NCBI GenBank assembly: GCA_963812155.1
Contig: CAWETW010000003.1
Span: 1,088,001 to 1,152,000 of the forward strand
Direction: 5' to 3'
Length of the DNA: 64,000 bases
Source: Vulcanimicrobiota bacterium
Lineage (GTDB): Bacteria; Vulcanimicrobiota; Vulcanimicrobiia; Vulcanimicrobiales; Vulcanimicrobiaceae
The notes below the pieces were generated by a model. That model had not been told where the DNA came from. It searched no databases and was given only the letters and a program-made list of their open reading frames with translations. Below, piece by piece: positions 9,805 through 20,189 of this stretch (its first letter is position 1; each line of letters starts with the position of its first letter). A program made the translations under genes and the position numbers.

Positions 9805-10892
9805 GACATCGCAACGCGCTGGTTCCCGGACTCGAGCATCTCGCCGTACTGTCCGACGACACCGGCGTCATCCAGCACGCCACCGAGTCGGTTCCGAACC
9901 GCGCGACCGGATACTGCACCGACGACGTCGCGCGCGCCTTTATGGTGGTGCTGGCGCGACTGCAGTCGGCTCCGCGCGACGAACTCGCCGCGCGATTAGC
10001 GTCGACCTACCTTTCGTTTCTCGAATCCGCGCAGCTCGAGGACGGCCGGTTTCACAACTTCATGAATTACGAGCGTGCGTGGCTCGACGAGGTCGGAACG
10101 CAGGACAGCTGCGGCCGCGCGATGTGGGCGCTCGGCTACGGCATGCGCTACGCCCCCGCGCATTCGTGGCGCCGGTTGTGCACGACGCTCTTCGAGCGCG
10201 GACTGGGCGCGATCGACGACTACGATTTCGTGCATCCGCGCGCGTATACGCTGATCGGGTTGTCGCACGCGCTCGCGGTCCGTAAGGAGCCGCGCTACGC
10301 GGCCGCCGCGCGGTATTTGGCCGGGGCGCTCGTGACATCGTACGAGCGCGAACGCCGCGACGATTGGAAATGGTTCGCGCCCGTCATGACCTACGACAAC
10401 GCGCGGTTGCCCGAGGCGATGATTCGCTCCGCCGCCGCCCTCGCCGAGGCGCAATTCGGCGAAATCGGCCTGGAAACGCTGAATTTCTATGAAGGCGTTA
10501 CGCTCGATTCTGGAATGTTCGTGCCGATCGGCAACAACGGCTGGTATCCTCGCGGTGGTGCGCGCGCCGTCTACGCGCAGCAGCCGCTCGAGGCGGCCGC
10601 ACTCGTGGATGCCGAGCTCGCGGCACTCGATGCGACCGGCGATCCGGCGCATTTCGCGAATGCCGAACTCGGATTGGCCTGGTTTTACGGGAAAAATTCG
10701 CGCGCGGAGACGATGGCGCACGGCGGCGGATGCTACGACGGTCTCGAGGAAGACGGCGTAAATCGCAACATGGGCGCCGAGTCCACGCTCGCCCTGCTCG
10801 CCGCCGCCTACGCCGTGGGCTCCCTGCGCGCGCGCTCCGCATCGAACGTGCGCCTCGCGCCGCTCCGTTCTATGTCGATCCGGTCGGGGTAG
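9801..10892 (+). CDS. Six-hairpin glycosidase-like partner of the GT4 gene
   Basis: GTGA overlap with the upstream gene; DDTGVIQHA, GYCTDD, TYDNARLP, QQPLEA, GCYDGL...NMGAEST. Confidence 0.8.
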   Translation: MRHRNALVPGLEHLAVLSDDTGVIQHATESVPNRATGYCTDDVARAFMVVLARLQSAPRDELAARLASTYLSFLESAQLEDGRFHNFMNYERAWLDEVGTQDSCGRAMWALGYGMRYAPAHSWRRLCTTLFERGLGAIDDYDFVHPRAYTLIGLSHALAVRKEPRYAAAARYLAGALVTSYERERRDDWKWFAPVMTYDNARLPEAMIRSAAALAEAQFGEIGLETLNFYEGVTLDSGMFVPIGNNGWYPRGGARAVYAQQPLEAAALVDAELAALDATGDPAHFANAELGLAWFYGKNSRAETMAHGGGCYDGLEEDGVNRNMGAESTLALLAAAYAVGSLRARSASNVRLAPLRSMSIRSG

Positions 10893-10933
10893 TACTCACA
10901 GGCCCGCTTGCCGCGTGCGGCGAATCCGAGGTG

Positions 10934-13093
10934 ATGCTCCTCGAGACCGAAATCCTCAACGACGTGCAAGCCGCGGCCGTTCGGAAAACCGATGGCCCGG
11001 TGTTGATTTTTGCCGGAGCCGGCAGCGGCAAGACGCGCGTGCTCACACATCGCATCGCCTATTTGCTGGGCGAAATGCGCGTCGATCCGGATCGCATTTT
11101 GGCGGTGACGTTCACGAACAAAGCCGCCGGCGAAATGAAGTCGCGCCTGCACGAGATGGTCGGCACGGCGGCGCGCGACGTGTGGGTCGGGACGTTCCAC
11201 TCAATGTGCGTGCGCATCTTGCGCCGCGACGGCAGCCGTATCGGCATCGGCTCCAGATTCGCCATTATCGACGACACCGATCAGCGGCAGCTCGTCAAGG
11301 AAATTCTCGACGATCTCGATTACGACGAACGGCAGCTCGCGCCGGGTGCGTGTCTGGCCGAGATCAGCAAAGCGAAGAACGCGCTGATTTGGCCCGACGC
11401 GTTTGCGGAACGCGCGACGTCGTTCGTCGCCGAGCGCATCGCCAACGTCTACTCCGAGTATCAGCGGCGCTTGGCGGAGTCGAATTCGCTCGACTTCGAC
11501 GACCTCATCGTCCGCACGATCGATCTGCTCGAGCGCGACGAGACGACGCGAGCCAAATATCAGGGCAAGTTCGAGTACGTGCTCGTCGACGAGTACCAAG
11601 ACGTCAATCCCGCGCAGTACCGGCTGGTCGCGCTGCTGGCGGCGCGTCATGGCAATATCACCGTGGTCGGCGACGACGACCAGTCGATCTACTCCTGGCG
11701 CGGCAGCGACTATCGCATGATCCTGCGCTTCGAAGAAGACTTTCCCGGCGCGCAGATCTTCACGCTGGAGGAGAACTATCGCAGCACGCAACGCATCCTC
11801 GACGCGGCCAACGCCTTCGTCGAGCACAACAAGACGCGTGCGGCAAAGAAGCTCTTCACGCGGCGCGACGACGGCGAGCCGATCACCGTCTATTCGGCGC
11901 AGACCGAACGCGACGAAGCGCGCTACGTCGTCGAGAAGATCAAGAGTCTGGTTCGCGACGGCGCCGCCTATCGGGATTTTCTCGTGCTCTATCGCACCAA
12001 CGCGCAGTCGCGCGTCTTCGAAGAGGCGCTGCTCGCCGAAGGCATTCCGTATCGCGTCGTCGGCGGCGTCGGGTTTTACGCGCGCGCCGAGATCAAGGAC
12101 GTCATCGCGTACCTGCGCTACATCGTGAATCCATCGGACGCGCTGGCGTTCAAGCGCATCGTCAACGTCCCGCGGCGCGGCATCGGGCAGCAGACGTTGG
12201 CCGCGCTGGTGCAGGCGGCCAACGCGGCGCACCTCTCGGTCGGCGAGGCCGTGTTTTCGGGCGAACTGCTGCGCGCGGCCGTTCCCAAGAAGCTGAAGGA
12301 ACTCGAGCGCTTCGCGAGCCTCATCGAGGAGTTCCGCAAGCGGGTCGAAACGATGAGCGTCGCCGACCTGCTCGTCGACGTCATGGAAGACTCGGGCTAC
12401 GTGCGCGAACTGCAGGCCGAGGATACGCACGACGCGCGGGCGCGCCTGGAAAATCTGCACGAACTCGTCGGCGTGGCGCGCGAGTACGAGGCGAGCGATC
12501 CGGAACCGACGCTGTCGGGATTCTTGGCAAACGTCGCGCTGATCAGCGATCTCGACGCGCTCGAAGACGACGCCTCGTACGTCACGCTGATGACGATGCA
12601 CGCGGCCAAAGGCCTCGAGTTTACCAGCGTCTTCATGACGGGACTGGAAGAAGGCGTCTTTCCCCACAGCCGTGCGCTCAACGATACGACCGAACTCGAA
12701 GAAGAGCGGCGGCTCGCCTACGTCGGGCTGACGCGTGCGATGGATCGCCTTTTCCTCACGTTCGCATCCGGCGCGCGCTCTACGGCAACACGTACGCATA
12801 TCCGAAGTCGCGGTTCCTCGACGAAATGCCGGAACTCGAATTTCTCGAGAGCGACAGCGTGCCGCTGCCGCGCCCTGGAGGCGGCCGCTGGCGCGAAGTC
12901 TCGATTCACGAGTCGGCCGGTGCTGGCGTCCATCTCGGGCTCGAGCGCGGCGACAACGTTCGGCATCCGAAATGGGGCGAGGGCACGATCGGGAGCGTCG
13001 TCGGCGCGGGCGGCGATGGTCTGGTGACGATCGACTTTCCGAACGTCGGCCAAAAGATGCTGATGCTCAAGTACGCTCCCCTCGAAAATTTAA
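10934..13093 (+). CDS. pcrA: ATP-dependent DNA helicase PcrA/UvrD (frameshift ~12768 and disturbed stop, probably sequence errors)
   Basis: AGAGSGKT, DEYQD, VGDDDQSIY, ENYRST, HAAKGLEF, EERRLAYV; the Tudor-like C-terminus VRHPKWGEG continues in another frame. Confidence 0.93.
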
Positions 13094-13126
13094 AAAAATC
13101 GAAGCTTCCTTTTGGTATCAAGGCGG

Positions 13127-13846
13127 ATGATACGAGTCGCCGTGGCGGGGGTGCAGGGACGGATGGGCCGCGTCGCCGTGGAAGCGCTTGCGTCGTCCGC
13201 CGATTTCGCGTACGCCGGCGGGTTGGCGCGGCGCACGGATGCGGCTAGCGCTACGTTCGACGCGATTGACGCGCTGTTCGCGCAAGGCGAACCGGACGTG
13301 CTGCTCGACGTCACGACGCATCCGGGCTCGGTGCAGATTTCGATGGGTGCGCTCGAGCGCGGCGTGCGCCTGGTGGTCGGCGCGAGCGGCTGGACCGCCG
13401 CCGAAACCGAGGCGCTCGGGCGATTGGCGGAGGAGCGGAGTTTCGGGGCGATGATCGTGCCGAACTTTTCGATCGGCGCAGTCCTCATGATGCGGTTTGC
13501 CGAAGAAGCCGCGCGATACTTTCCGCGAGCGGAGATCGTCGAAATGCATCGCAGCGAGAAGAAAGACAAGCCGTCCGGGACCGCGCTGCAAACCGGCGCG
13601 CGCATAGAGCGCTCGGGCGGCGCGAAGCCGGAAATTCACAGCGTGCGTCTGCCGGGATTGGTCGCGCATCAAGAAGTGCTGTTCGGCAATGCGGGCGAGC
13701 TGCTGACTATTCGGCACGATTCGTTTTCGCGCGAGTCGTTCGTTCCGGGGATTCTCGCTTCGCTGCGCGCGGTGATGCGCTTACGCGGATTGCGCATCGG
13801 CCTCGACGCGATTCTCGACGAGATGAGGGCAGGGCAATCGACGTAG
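13127..13846 (+). CDS. dapB: 4-hydroxy-tetrahydrodipicolinate reductase
   Basis: G.GRMG, PNFSIGA, EMHRSEKKDKPSGTA, IHSVRLPG, IRHDS. Confidence 0.93.
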   Translation: MIRVAVAGVQGRMGRVAVEALASSADFAYAGGLARRTDAASATFDAIDALFAQGEPDVLLDVTTHPGSVQISMGALERGVRLVVGASGWTAAETEALGRLAEERSFGAMIVPNFSIGAVLMMRFAEEAARYFPRAEIVEMHRSEKKDKPSGTALQTGARIERSGGAKPEIHSVRLPGLVAHQEVLFGNAGELLTIRHDSFSRESFVPGILASLRAVMRLRGLRIGLDAILDEMRAGQST

Positions 13847-14863
13847 CGGTAGTCGGCGCGACCGGCGTGGTCGGCGAGACGATCGTGCGCGTGCTGGAAG
13901 AGCGGCGGATTCCGGTGGGCGAACTCGGAGCGTTTGCGTCGGCGCCTCGCGCGGCGGCCGTATCGTTTCGCGGCAGCGCGCTTGACGTGCGCGCGACGAG
14001 CGACGAAGCGCTGCGCGACTACGACGTCGTGTTCTTTGCGGGCGGCGAAGATGCGAGCGAACGCTACGCGCCGCCGCTGCTCGAACGCGGCTGCGTCGTC
14101 ATCGACAACAGCTCGACGTTTCGCATGCGCGACGGCGTGCCGCTGATCGTGCCCGAGGTGAATGCCGAGGCGATCAAGGCCGAAGATCGGCTCTTTCCGG
14201 TTGCGAACTGCACCGCAATCATTCTCTGCACGGCGCTGCGCTCCGATTCGCGACGCGGCGGGATTGCATGCCGTGCGCGTCGCGACGTATCAGGCGGCAA
14301 GCGGCGCAGGCCGAGCCGGTCTCGACGAACTGCAGGCGGGAGAACGCGCCGCGGTGCTTGGCGAGAACGAGCCCGAGCCTCGCGCGTTTCCGCGTCCGAT
14401 CGCGCGCAACGTCATGCCGCAGGTCGGCCCGTTGGATTCCGGCGGATTCACCGGCGAAGAGCGGAAGATTTGCGCCGAAACGCGCAAGATGCTCGGGCTG
14501 CCCGAGTTGCTCGTCAGCGCCATTACGGTGCGCGTGCCGGTGCGCCACGCGCATTCTGAAGCGGTGTTCGTGGAGACGGAACGCGCGACGGACGCCGCTA
14601 CACTGGCAGACGAACTGCGGCGTGCGGCCGGCGTGGTGTTTCACGGCGACGGCATCGTGACGCCGCGCGACGTGGAAGGCGACGACCGCGTGCACGTCGC
14701 GCGCCTGCGTTCCGAATCGGCGACGGGCAACGAGTTCGCGTTGTGGTGCACGGGCGATCAACTGCGTAAGGGGGCGGCCACCAACGCGGTTCAGATTCTC
14801 GAAGCTCTTGCTGGCACGAGGTTTCGTCGGGGCGTGAACGCGACCGGCGCATCGCCGTGTTGA
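13823..14863 (+). CDS. asd: Aspartate-semialdehyde dehydrogenase (frameshift ~14243; both ends uncertain)
   Basis: VAVVGATGVVG, IDNSSTFR, VPEVN, ANCT, then TYQAASGAG, VRVPV..AHSE, DQLRKGAATNAVQI in the next frame. Confidence 0.9.
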
Positions 14864-16051
14864 AATTCGGCGGAACATCGGTTGGGACGCGCGAGCAGCG
14901 CGAGATTGCGTATCGCGCGCGTCGCGGACGCGCAAGCGGCCGGCTTTGCGACGGTTGCCGTCGTATCGGCGATGGGACGTCCGCCGGCTCCGTACGCGAC
15001 CGATTCGCTGCTGGCACTGCTCGACGGGCGCAGCGGCTCGCGCAACGCCGACGTGCTGCTCGCCGCCGGCGAGTTGATTGCGGCGGCCGTATTTGCCGAC
15101 GAAGCGAGCGCACGCGGCATTCCGGCGGTCGCACTGACCGGCGCGCAGGCCGGCATCGTTACCGACGAGCGCTTCGGCGACGCGACGATCGTGCGCGTCG
15201 AGCCACGCGGCGTTGCGGAGTTGCTCGATCGCGGCGTCGTACCGGTGTCGCAGGATTCCAGGGGCGCAGTGAAAGCGGCGCCATTACGACGCTCGGGCCG
15301 CGGCGGCACCGATCTGTCGGCGATTGCGATCGGTCACGCGCTGCAGGCCGAACGCGTCGACATCTACACCGACGTCAGCGGCGCGATGACGGCCGATCCG
15401 CGGCGCATTCCCGGCGCGCGCACGATCGAGCGCGCATCGCTCGAAGAAATGACCGAACTCGCAGAGCAGGGCGCCAAGGTGATGCATCACAAGGCGGCCG
15501 AGTACGCGGGGCGTACCGGCATGCGCTATGCGATCAAAGGGCTGCGCAGCGATCCCGGGACGATCGTCGACGAAAGCGTCGATCATCATCGTCCGGTCAC
15601 CGGCGTCACGTCGACCGGGCGAATGACGTGGGTGCGCGTCATTCGCGGCGACATCGAATCGCCGCAACGGCGCATGCAGACGGAGCTGGAGATGTTTGCG
15701 CGGCTGGCGGAGGCTGGGATTTCGATCGATCAGGTGACGATCAATCAAGCCGGAGTCGCGTTCGTCGTGGAAGGCGACCGCGGAAACGACCTGCGCGCGC
15801 TGCTCGGCGATTTGAACCTCGCGGTGCGCGTGCGCGAAGGCTGCTCGAAGGTCTCGGTCGTCGGCAGCGGGATGCGCGACACGCCCGGCGTCGTGCGTGA
15901 AGTCGTCGCGGCGCTCTCGCGCGAAAACGTCGAAATCATTCACTGCACCGACAGCAACGTCACGATTTCGCTGCTGGTCCCGTCGGACGACGTTGCGCGC
16001 GCCGAACGGGCGGTGCACGACCAGTTCCATCTCGACGCGAGGATCGCATAA
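14857..16051 (+). CDS. lysC: Aspartate kinase (frameshifts ~14910 and ~15250-15295; true start probably slightly upstream)
   Basis: VLKFGGTSV, VVSAMGR, AGFQG..ITTLG / RGGTD, YTDVSG.MTADPR and ACT domains. Confidence 0.9.
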
Positions 16052-16922
16052 TGATACAGGCCGCGATCATCACGGCGATGATCACGCCGTTCGATTCCCG
16101 CGGCGCGCTCGATACGCCGAGTCGGGCCGTCTCGCACGCTGGCTGGTCGACCGCGATACGGACGGTTTCGTCGTGGCCGGATCGACCGGCGAGGGGCAGA
16201 CGCTCGATCGCAGCGAGCGCATCGCGCTGTGGAAAGCCGTGAAAGATGCGGTCGGCGATCGCGCGGCGGTGATTGCCAATGCCGGGACGAGTTCGACGCG
16301 CGAATCGGTGGCGCTCACGGCCGACGCGCAGGCGGCGGGCGCCGATGCGATTCTTGCGGTCGTTCCCCCTTACATCAAGCCGACGCAAAGCGGGATGCTC
16401 GAACACTTCGGTGCGATTGCCGAAGCGACGCCGCTGCCGGTGATCGTCTACAACATCCCGGGTCGGACCGGTACGAACATGCTGCCCGAAACGCTGCTCG
16501 AGCTGGCCGCACGGCATGCCAACGTGACCGGCGTCAAAGAATCGAGCGGCGATTTGAAGCAAATCGGCACGATTCTCGAGCGGCGGGCGCCGGGTTTCAA
16601 AGTATGGGCCGGCGACGATCATCTATTTCTCCCGTGCTTGGCGATCGGCGCCGACGGCGTCGTCGGCGTGGCGACGCACATCGTGTCGCGCGAGTACCGC
16701 CACATGCTCGATGCGTATCGAGCCGGACGCGTGGGTGAGGCGGCCGAAATTCATCTGCGGTTTTTGCCGCTGATCGACGCGCTGTTTGCAACGACGAGTC
16801 CGATTCCGATCAAGTGGGCGATGAATCACATCGGCTTTCATGCCGGCTCGTGCCGCCTGCCGCTCGACGCGATGCCCGCAGCGCTGGCGGAACGGTTGCG
16901 TCCGCTGTTGCCGGGAGATTAG
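16051..16922 (+). CDS. dapA: 4-hydroxy-tetrahydrodipicolinate synthase (frameshift ~16120)
   Basis: ITAMITPFD, then GSTGEG, YNIPGRTG, GVKESSG, SPIPIK. Confidence 0.92.
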
Positions 16923-16928
16923 GCGCAC

Positions 16929-17687
16929 GTGAAGGATTCCGTGCAGATTCTCGGCTGCCGGGTCGACGCCATCGACGCGGACGACGCGGCCGAGCGAATT
17001 CTCGAGCTCGCGATGCACGGCGACGGTGCGCAAGTCGTGACGCTCGGCACCGAGATGGTCGTGGCGGCGCAGAAGGACGAGCGCTTCCGCGAGGTCGTCA
17101 ACGCGAGCGCGCTGTCGCTTTGCGACACGGTCGGCGTGCTGACGGTCGCGCGACGTCGCGGTGCGGCGCTGCACGAACGCGTCACCGGAGTGGAACTCAT
17201 CGACCGGTTGTGCGGCCTGGCAGCAGCGCGCGGCGTTCCGGCATTCTTTCTCGGCGGGGCCGAAGGCGTCGCCGCCGATGCCGCAGCGATTCTCGAAGTC
17301 CGCTTTCCGGGTCTCGTGGTGGCGGGCACGCGCAACGGGTATTTCAGCGACGCGGAGTCGGCCGAAGTCGTTTCCGCAATCCGCGAAAGCGGCGCGAAGC
17401 TGCTTTTCGCGGGCATCGGTTCGCCACGACAAGAGTTCTGGCTGGCCGAGCACTTGCGTGACACGGGATGCGGCGCCGGAATCGGCGTTGGCGGTTCGTT
17501 CGACGTTTTGGCGGGGCGCGTCGTGCGGGCGCCGCGGCTGATGCGGCGCTACGGGCTGGAATGGCTCTATCGTTTGGGCAAAGAGCCGCATCGCTGGCGC
17601 CGGCAACTTGCGTTACCTGCGTTTGTGTGGCTCGCAATGCTCGAAGGGTTCGGCTTGCGTTCCAAAAGGGGTTCGGTGAATCCGTGA
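16929..17687 (+). CDS. WecB/TagA/CpsF family glycosyltransferase
   Basis: RVTGVEL, GYF, GIGSPRQE, GVGGSFDVLAG...RAP...GLEWLYRL..EPHR. Confidence 0.92.
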   Translation: MKDSVQILGCRVDAIDADDAAERILELAMHGDGAQVVTLGTEMVVAAQKDERFREVVNASALSLCDTVGVLTVARRRGAALHERVTGVELIDRLCGLAAARGVPAFFLGGAEGVAADAAAILEVRFPGLVVAGTRNGYFSDAESAEVVSAIRESGAKLLFAGIGSPRQEFWLAEHLRDTGCGAGIGVGGSFDVLAGRVVRAPRLMRRYGLEWLYRLGKEPHRWRRQLALPAFVWLAMLEGFGLRSKRGSVNP

Positions 17688-18715
17688 AGGCGATGATTTT
17701 GGCGGGCGGCCTTTCCACCCGGCTCTATCCGCTCACCAAGCAGGTTCCCAAACCGCTCGTGCCGGTGGCGGGCGTGCCGAACGCCGAACACGTGATTAAT
17801 TATTTGAAGGCCTACGGCTTCGATGACATCGCGATTAACCTGCACTATCTCGCCGACGCGATCGTCGAGCGCCTCGGCGACGGCTCGCGTTTCGGCGTGC
17901 GGCTCGAGTACTCGTACGAGCCGGAACTGCTCGGCAGCGCGGGCGCGGTGAAAAGACTCGAATCGTTTTTTTCCGGCGAGACCTTCGTGGTGTGCGGATG
18001 CGACGATCTCACCGATTTGCCGCTCGACAAACTGCTGGCGTTTCATCGCGACCGTAACGCCGTCGCAACGATCGGACTCGTCGAGTGCGAAGAGGTCGAC
18101 CAATACGGCGTGGTGGTGCTCGACGATCGCGGCAAGATCGTCGGCTTTCAAGAGAAGCCCGCAAAGGGCACCGAACGCAGCCGGCTTGCGAATACCGGCA
18201 TCTACGCGTTCTCGCCGGAGATCTTTTCGCACATCCCGGCGCGCACGTTCTTCGATTTCGGCAAGCAAGTGTTCCCGGCGCTGCAGTCTGCAAGCGAATC
18301 GTTCTACGGCTTCGATGCACGAGGCGCGTATTGGAGCGACATCGGAACGCCGTCGGAGTACCGGCGCGCGAGCTCGGACGTCGTCAGCGGCGCGTTTACG
18401 ATTCCGGCGACGCGCGCTAGCGGCGTCGACCCGACGGCCACTTTGGGCGAAAGCGTGCGCATCGAGGGCCCGGTGTGGGTCGGCGCGCGTGCGCGCATCG
18501 GCGACGGCGCGAGGATCGCGGGTCCGAGCGTGCTGGGCGACGGCGTTTGCATTGGTGAAGGCGCTCGCATCGAGCGTAGTATCTTATGGGAAGGCGCCGT
18601 CGTCGGAAGCGGCGCGCATCTTCGGGACACGATCGTCGGCAGAGACTATCACGTCGCCGCGGGCGAGACGCTCGACGGTGCGCTCGTTGCTAACGAAGAG
18701 GTTCCGGCCGGTTAA
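17684..18715 (+). CDS. Second NDP-sugar synthase (nucleotidyltransferase with hexapeptide repeats)
   Basis: GTGA overlap; ILAGGLSTRLYPLT..PKP, LLGSAGAV, FQEKP. Confidence 0.9.
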   Translation: MKAMILAGGLSTRLYPLTKQVPKPLVPVAGVPNAEHVINYLKAYGFDDIAINLHYLADAIVERLGDGSRFGVRLEYSYEPELLGSAGAVKRLESFFSGETFVVCGCDDLTDLPLDKLLAFHRDRNAVATIGLVECEEVDQYGVVVLDDRGKIVGFQEKPAKGTERSRLANTGIYAFSPEIFSHIPARTFFDFGKQVFPALQSASESFYGFDARGAYWSDIGTPSEYRRASSDVVSGAFTIPATRASGVDPTATLGESVRIEGPVWVGARARIGDGARIAGPSVLGDGVCIGEGARIERSILWEGAVVGSGAHLRDTIVGRDYHVAAGETLDGALVANEEVPAG

Positions 18716-18756
18716 TAAGGGTGTATTGAGGCACGCTAGGGAACGTGGAAGAAACC

Positions 18757-18948
18757 ATGTATAACGAACAAAGTCTGAGTTGCGGTGACTGCAACTCCAC
18801 CTTCGCGTTTACCGTATTCGAACAGCAAGAATTCGCGAAAAAGGGCCATATGAACAAGCCGGGCCGATGCCTTGAATGTCGAGCGGCACGCAAGGCCTCG
18901 GGAATAAGTGGACCTCACCCACGCTACAAGACGCAAAACGCGCTGTAG
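18757..18948 (+). CDS. Small zinc-ribbon protein (zf-trcl-like)
   Basis: L.CGDC...F.FT..EQ.EF..KG..N.P.RC..CR. Confidence 0.8.
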   Translation: MYNEQSLSCGDCNSTFAFTVFEQQEFAKKGHMNKPGRCLECRAARKASGISGPHPRYKTQNAL

Positions 18949-19118
18949 CGCCTTAGCGAGCTATCCAGCCAAAGTTTCCGTTTCAACGGTGTCGACTACC
19001 CCGAGTCCATCGCTATCGGGAAATGAGCCGCGCCGCAACTGCAGGGACCTGAATTAGCCGTGTTGACCCAGCTGAATTGTGGCACAATCAAGCGCGGTTG
19101 ACCCTAGTGAGGCCCGGC

Positions 19119-20189
19119 TCAGGTCCCTTCCATAAACGTTGCTGCGGTGCCGACGTCGAGCTCGTCGTAACGCCGCAGCCGATAGATAGCAGTCGAAATG
19201 AGCCAGCTTGCGATGAAGACGCCGATGGTGAGAAAGCCCACCGTTCCAAAGTTGTCGCTCAGCGAGCGCAGCAGATCCCACGCTCCGCCGGTCAAGCCCA
19301 TGCGATCGGCGATCACGCTCGAAGCTTCGATTCCGCCGACGATCAACGCGACCAGCACCGACACGAGCGTGATGACCATGTTGTAGTAGAGCTTGCGCAT
19401 CGGTTTGACGAACGCCCAGCCGTACGCGCCCAGCATGAGGATGCCGTCGGTCGTGTCGAGCAGCGACATGCCGGCAGTGAAGAGCAACGGGAAGATCAAG
19501 ATCGTGGCGACCGGCAGGCCTTTGCCGGCTTCGACGGCGGCGATACCGAGCAGCGCGACTTCCGTCGCGGTATCAAAGCCGAGACCGAAGAGCACCCCAA
19601 TGGGATACATCTTCCAGCTCTTGTCGGCAACTTTCAGCAGCGGACGGAAGAAGCGGCCCATGAGGCCGCGGCCGTCGAGCATCTCGTCGACGCTGCGTTC
19701 GCAGTACGATTCACCGCGATGAACGCTGCGAAACGTGCGGATGATGTCGACGAGCACGAACAGATTGATCGCGGCGACGACGAGCAAGAAGGTCGCGGAA
19801 ACCGAAGTGCCGAGGATCGTGCCGAGCCTTTCGAGCGACGGCAGGTGCGTTTTGACGAAGCCGGCGGCAACGGCGATTGCAACGGTCAGCGCGACGACGA
19901 TCGTGGAGTGTCCCAGCGAGAAGTAAAAGCCGACGCCGACGGGGCGCTTTCCATCCTGCATGAGCTTGCGCGTCACGTTGTCGATTGCCGAGATGTGATC
20001 GGCGTCGACGGCGTGGCGCAACCCAAACGTGTAGGCGAGCAGCGCCGTGCCGAGCAAAATCGGGTGCGCCGAGAACGCCCAGAAAGCCAATCCCCACGCC
20101 GCCACGTTCATGGCGATCAGCAATGCGTAGATGGCGACGATTCTTTCGCGTACGCTGGCGGCACCGTTTTGGAGCACGCTGGCGAGCAT
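19119..20189 (-). CDS. HoxN/HupN/NixA family (NiCoT) high-affinity Ni/Co transporter
   Basis: RHAVDADHI, FSLGHSTIV, LGFDTATE, GMSLLDTTD; TAATG coupling to the upstream TPR gene. Confidence 0.93.
   Translation of the reverse strand: MLASVLQNGAASVRERIVAIYALLIAMNVAAWGLAFWAFSAHPILLGTALLAYTFGLRHAVDADHISAIDNVTRKLMQDGKRPVGVGFYFSLGHSTIVVALTVAIAVAAGFVKTHLPSLERLGTILGTSVSATFLLVVAAINLFVLVDIIRTFRSVHRGESYCERSVDEMLDGRGLMGRFFRPLLKVADKSWKMYPIGVLFGLGFDTATEVALLGIAAVEAGKGLPVATILIFPLLFTAGMSLLDTTDGILMLGAYGWAFVKPMRKLYYNMVITLVSVLVALIVGGIEASSVIADRMGLTGGAWDLLRSLSDNFGTVGFLTIGVFIASWLISTAIYRLRRYDELDVGTAATFMEGT

Noticed and set aside
10915..13248. 777-aa Arg-rich ORF (and the antisense 532-aa ORF 11201..12799)
   Set aside because: Off-frame high-GC shadows of pcrA; only the last ~105 codons before ~13090 carry the frameshifted PcrA tail.
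12760..16130. Programmed frameshifting or true pseudogenisation of pcrA and the dap genes
   Set aside because: No shared slippery motif, compensating indels are present, and the genes are essential; assembly error is more parsimonious.
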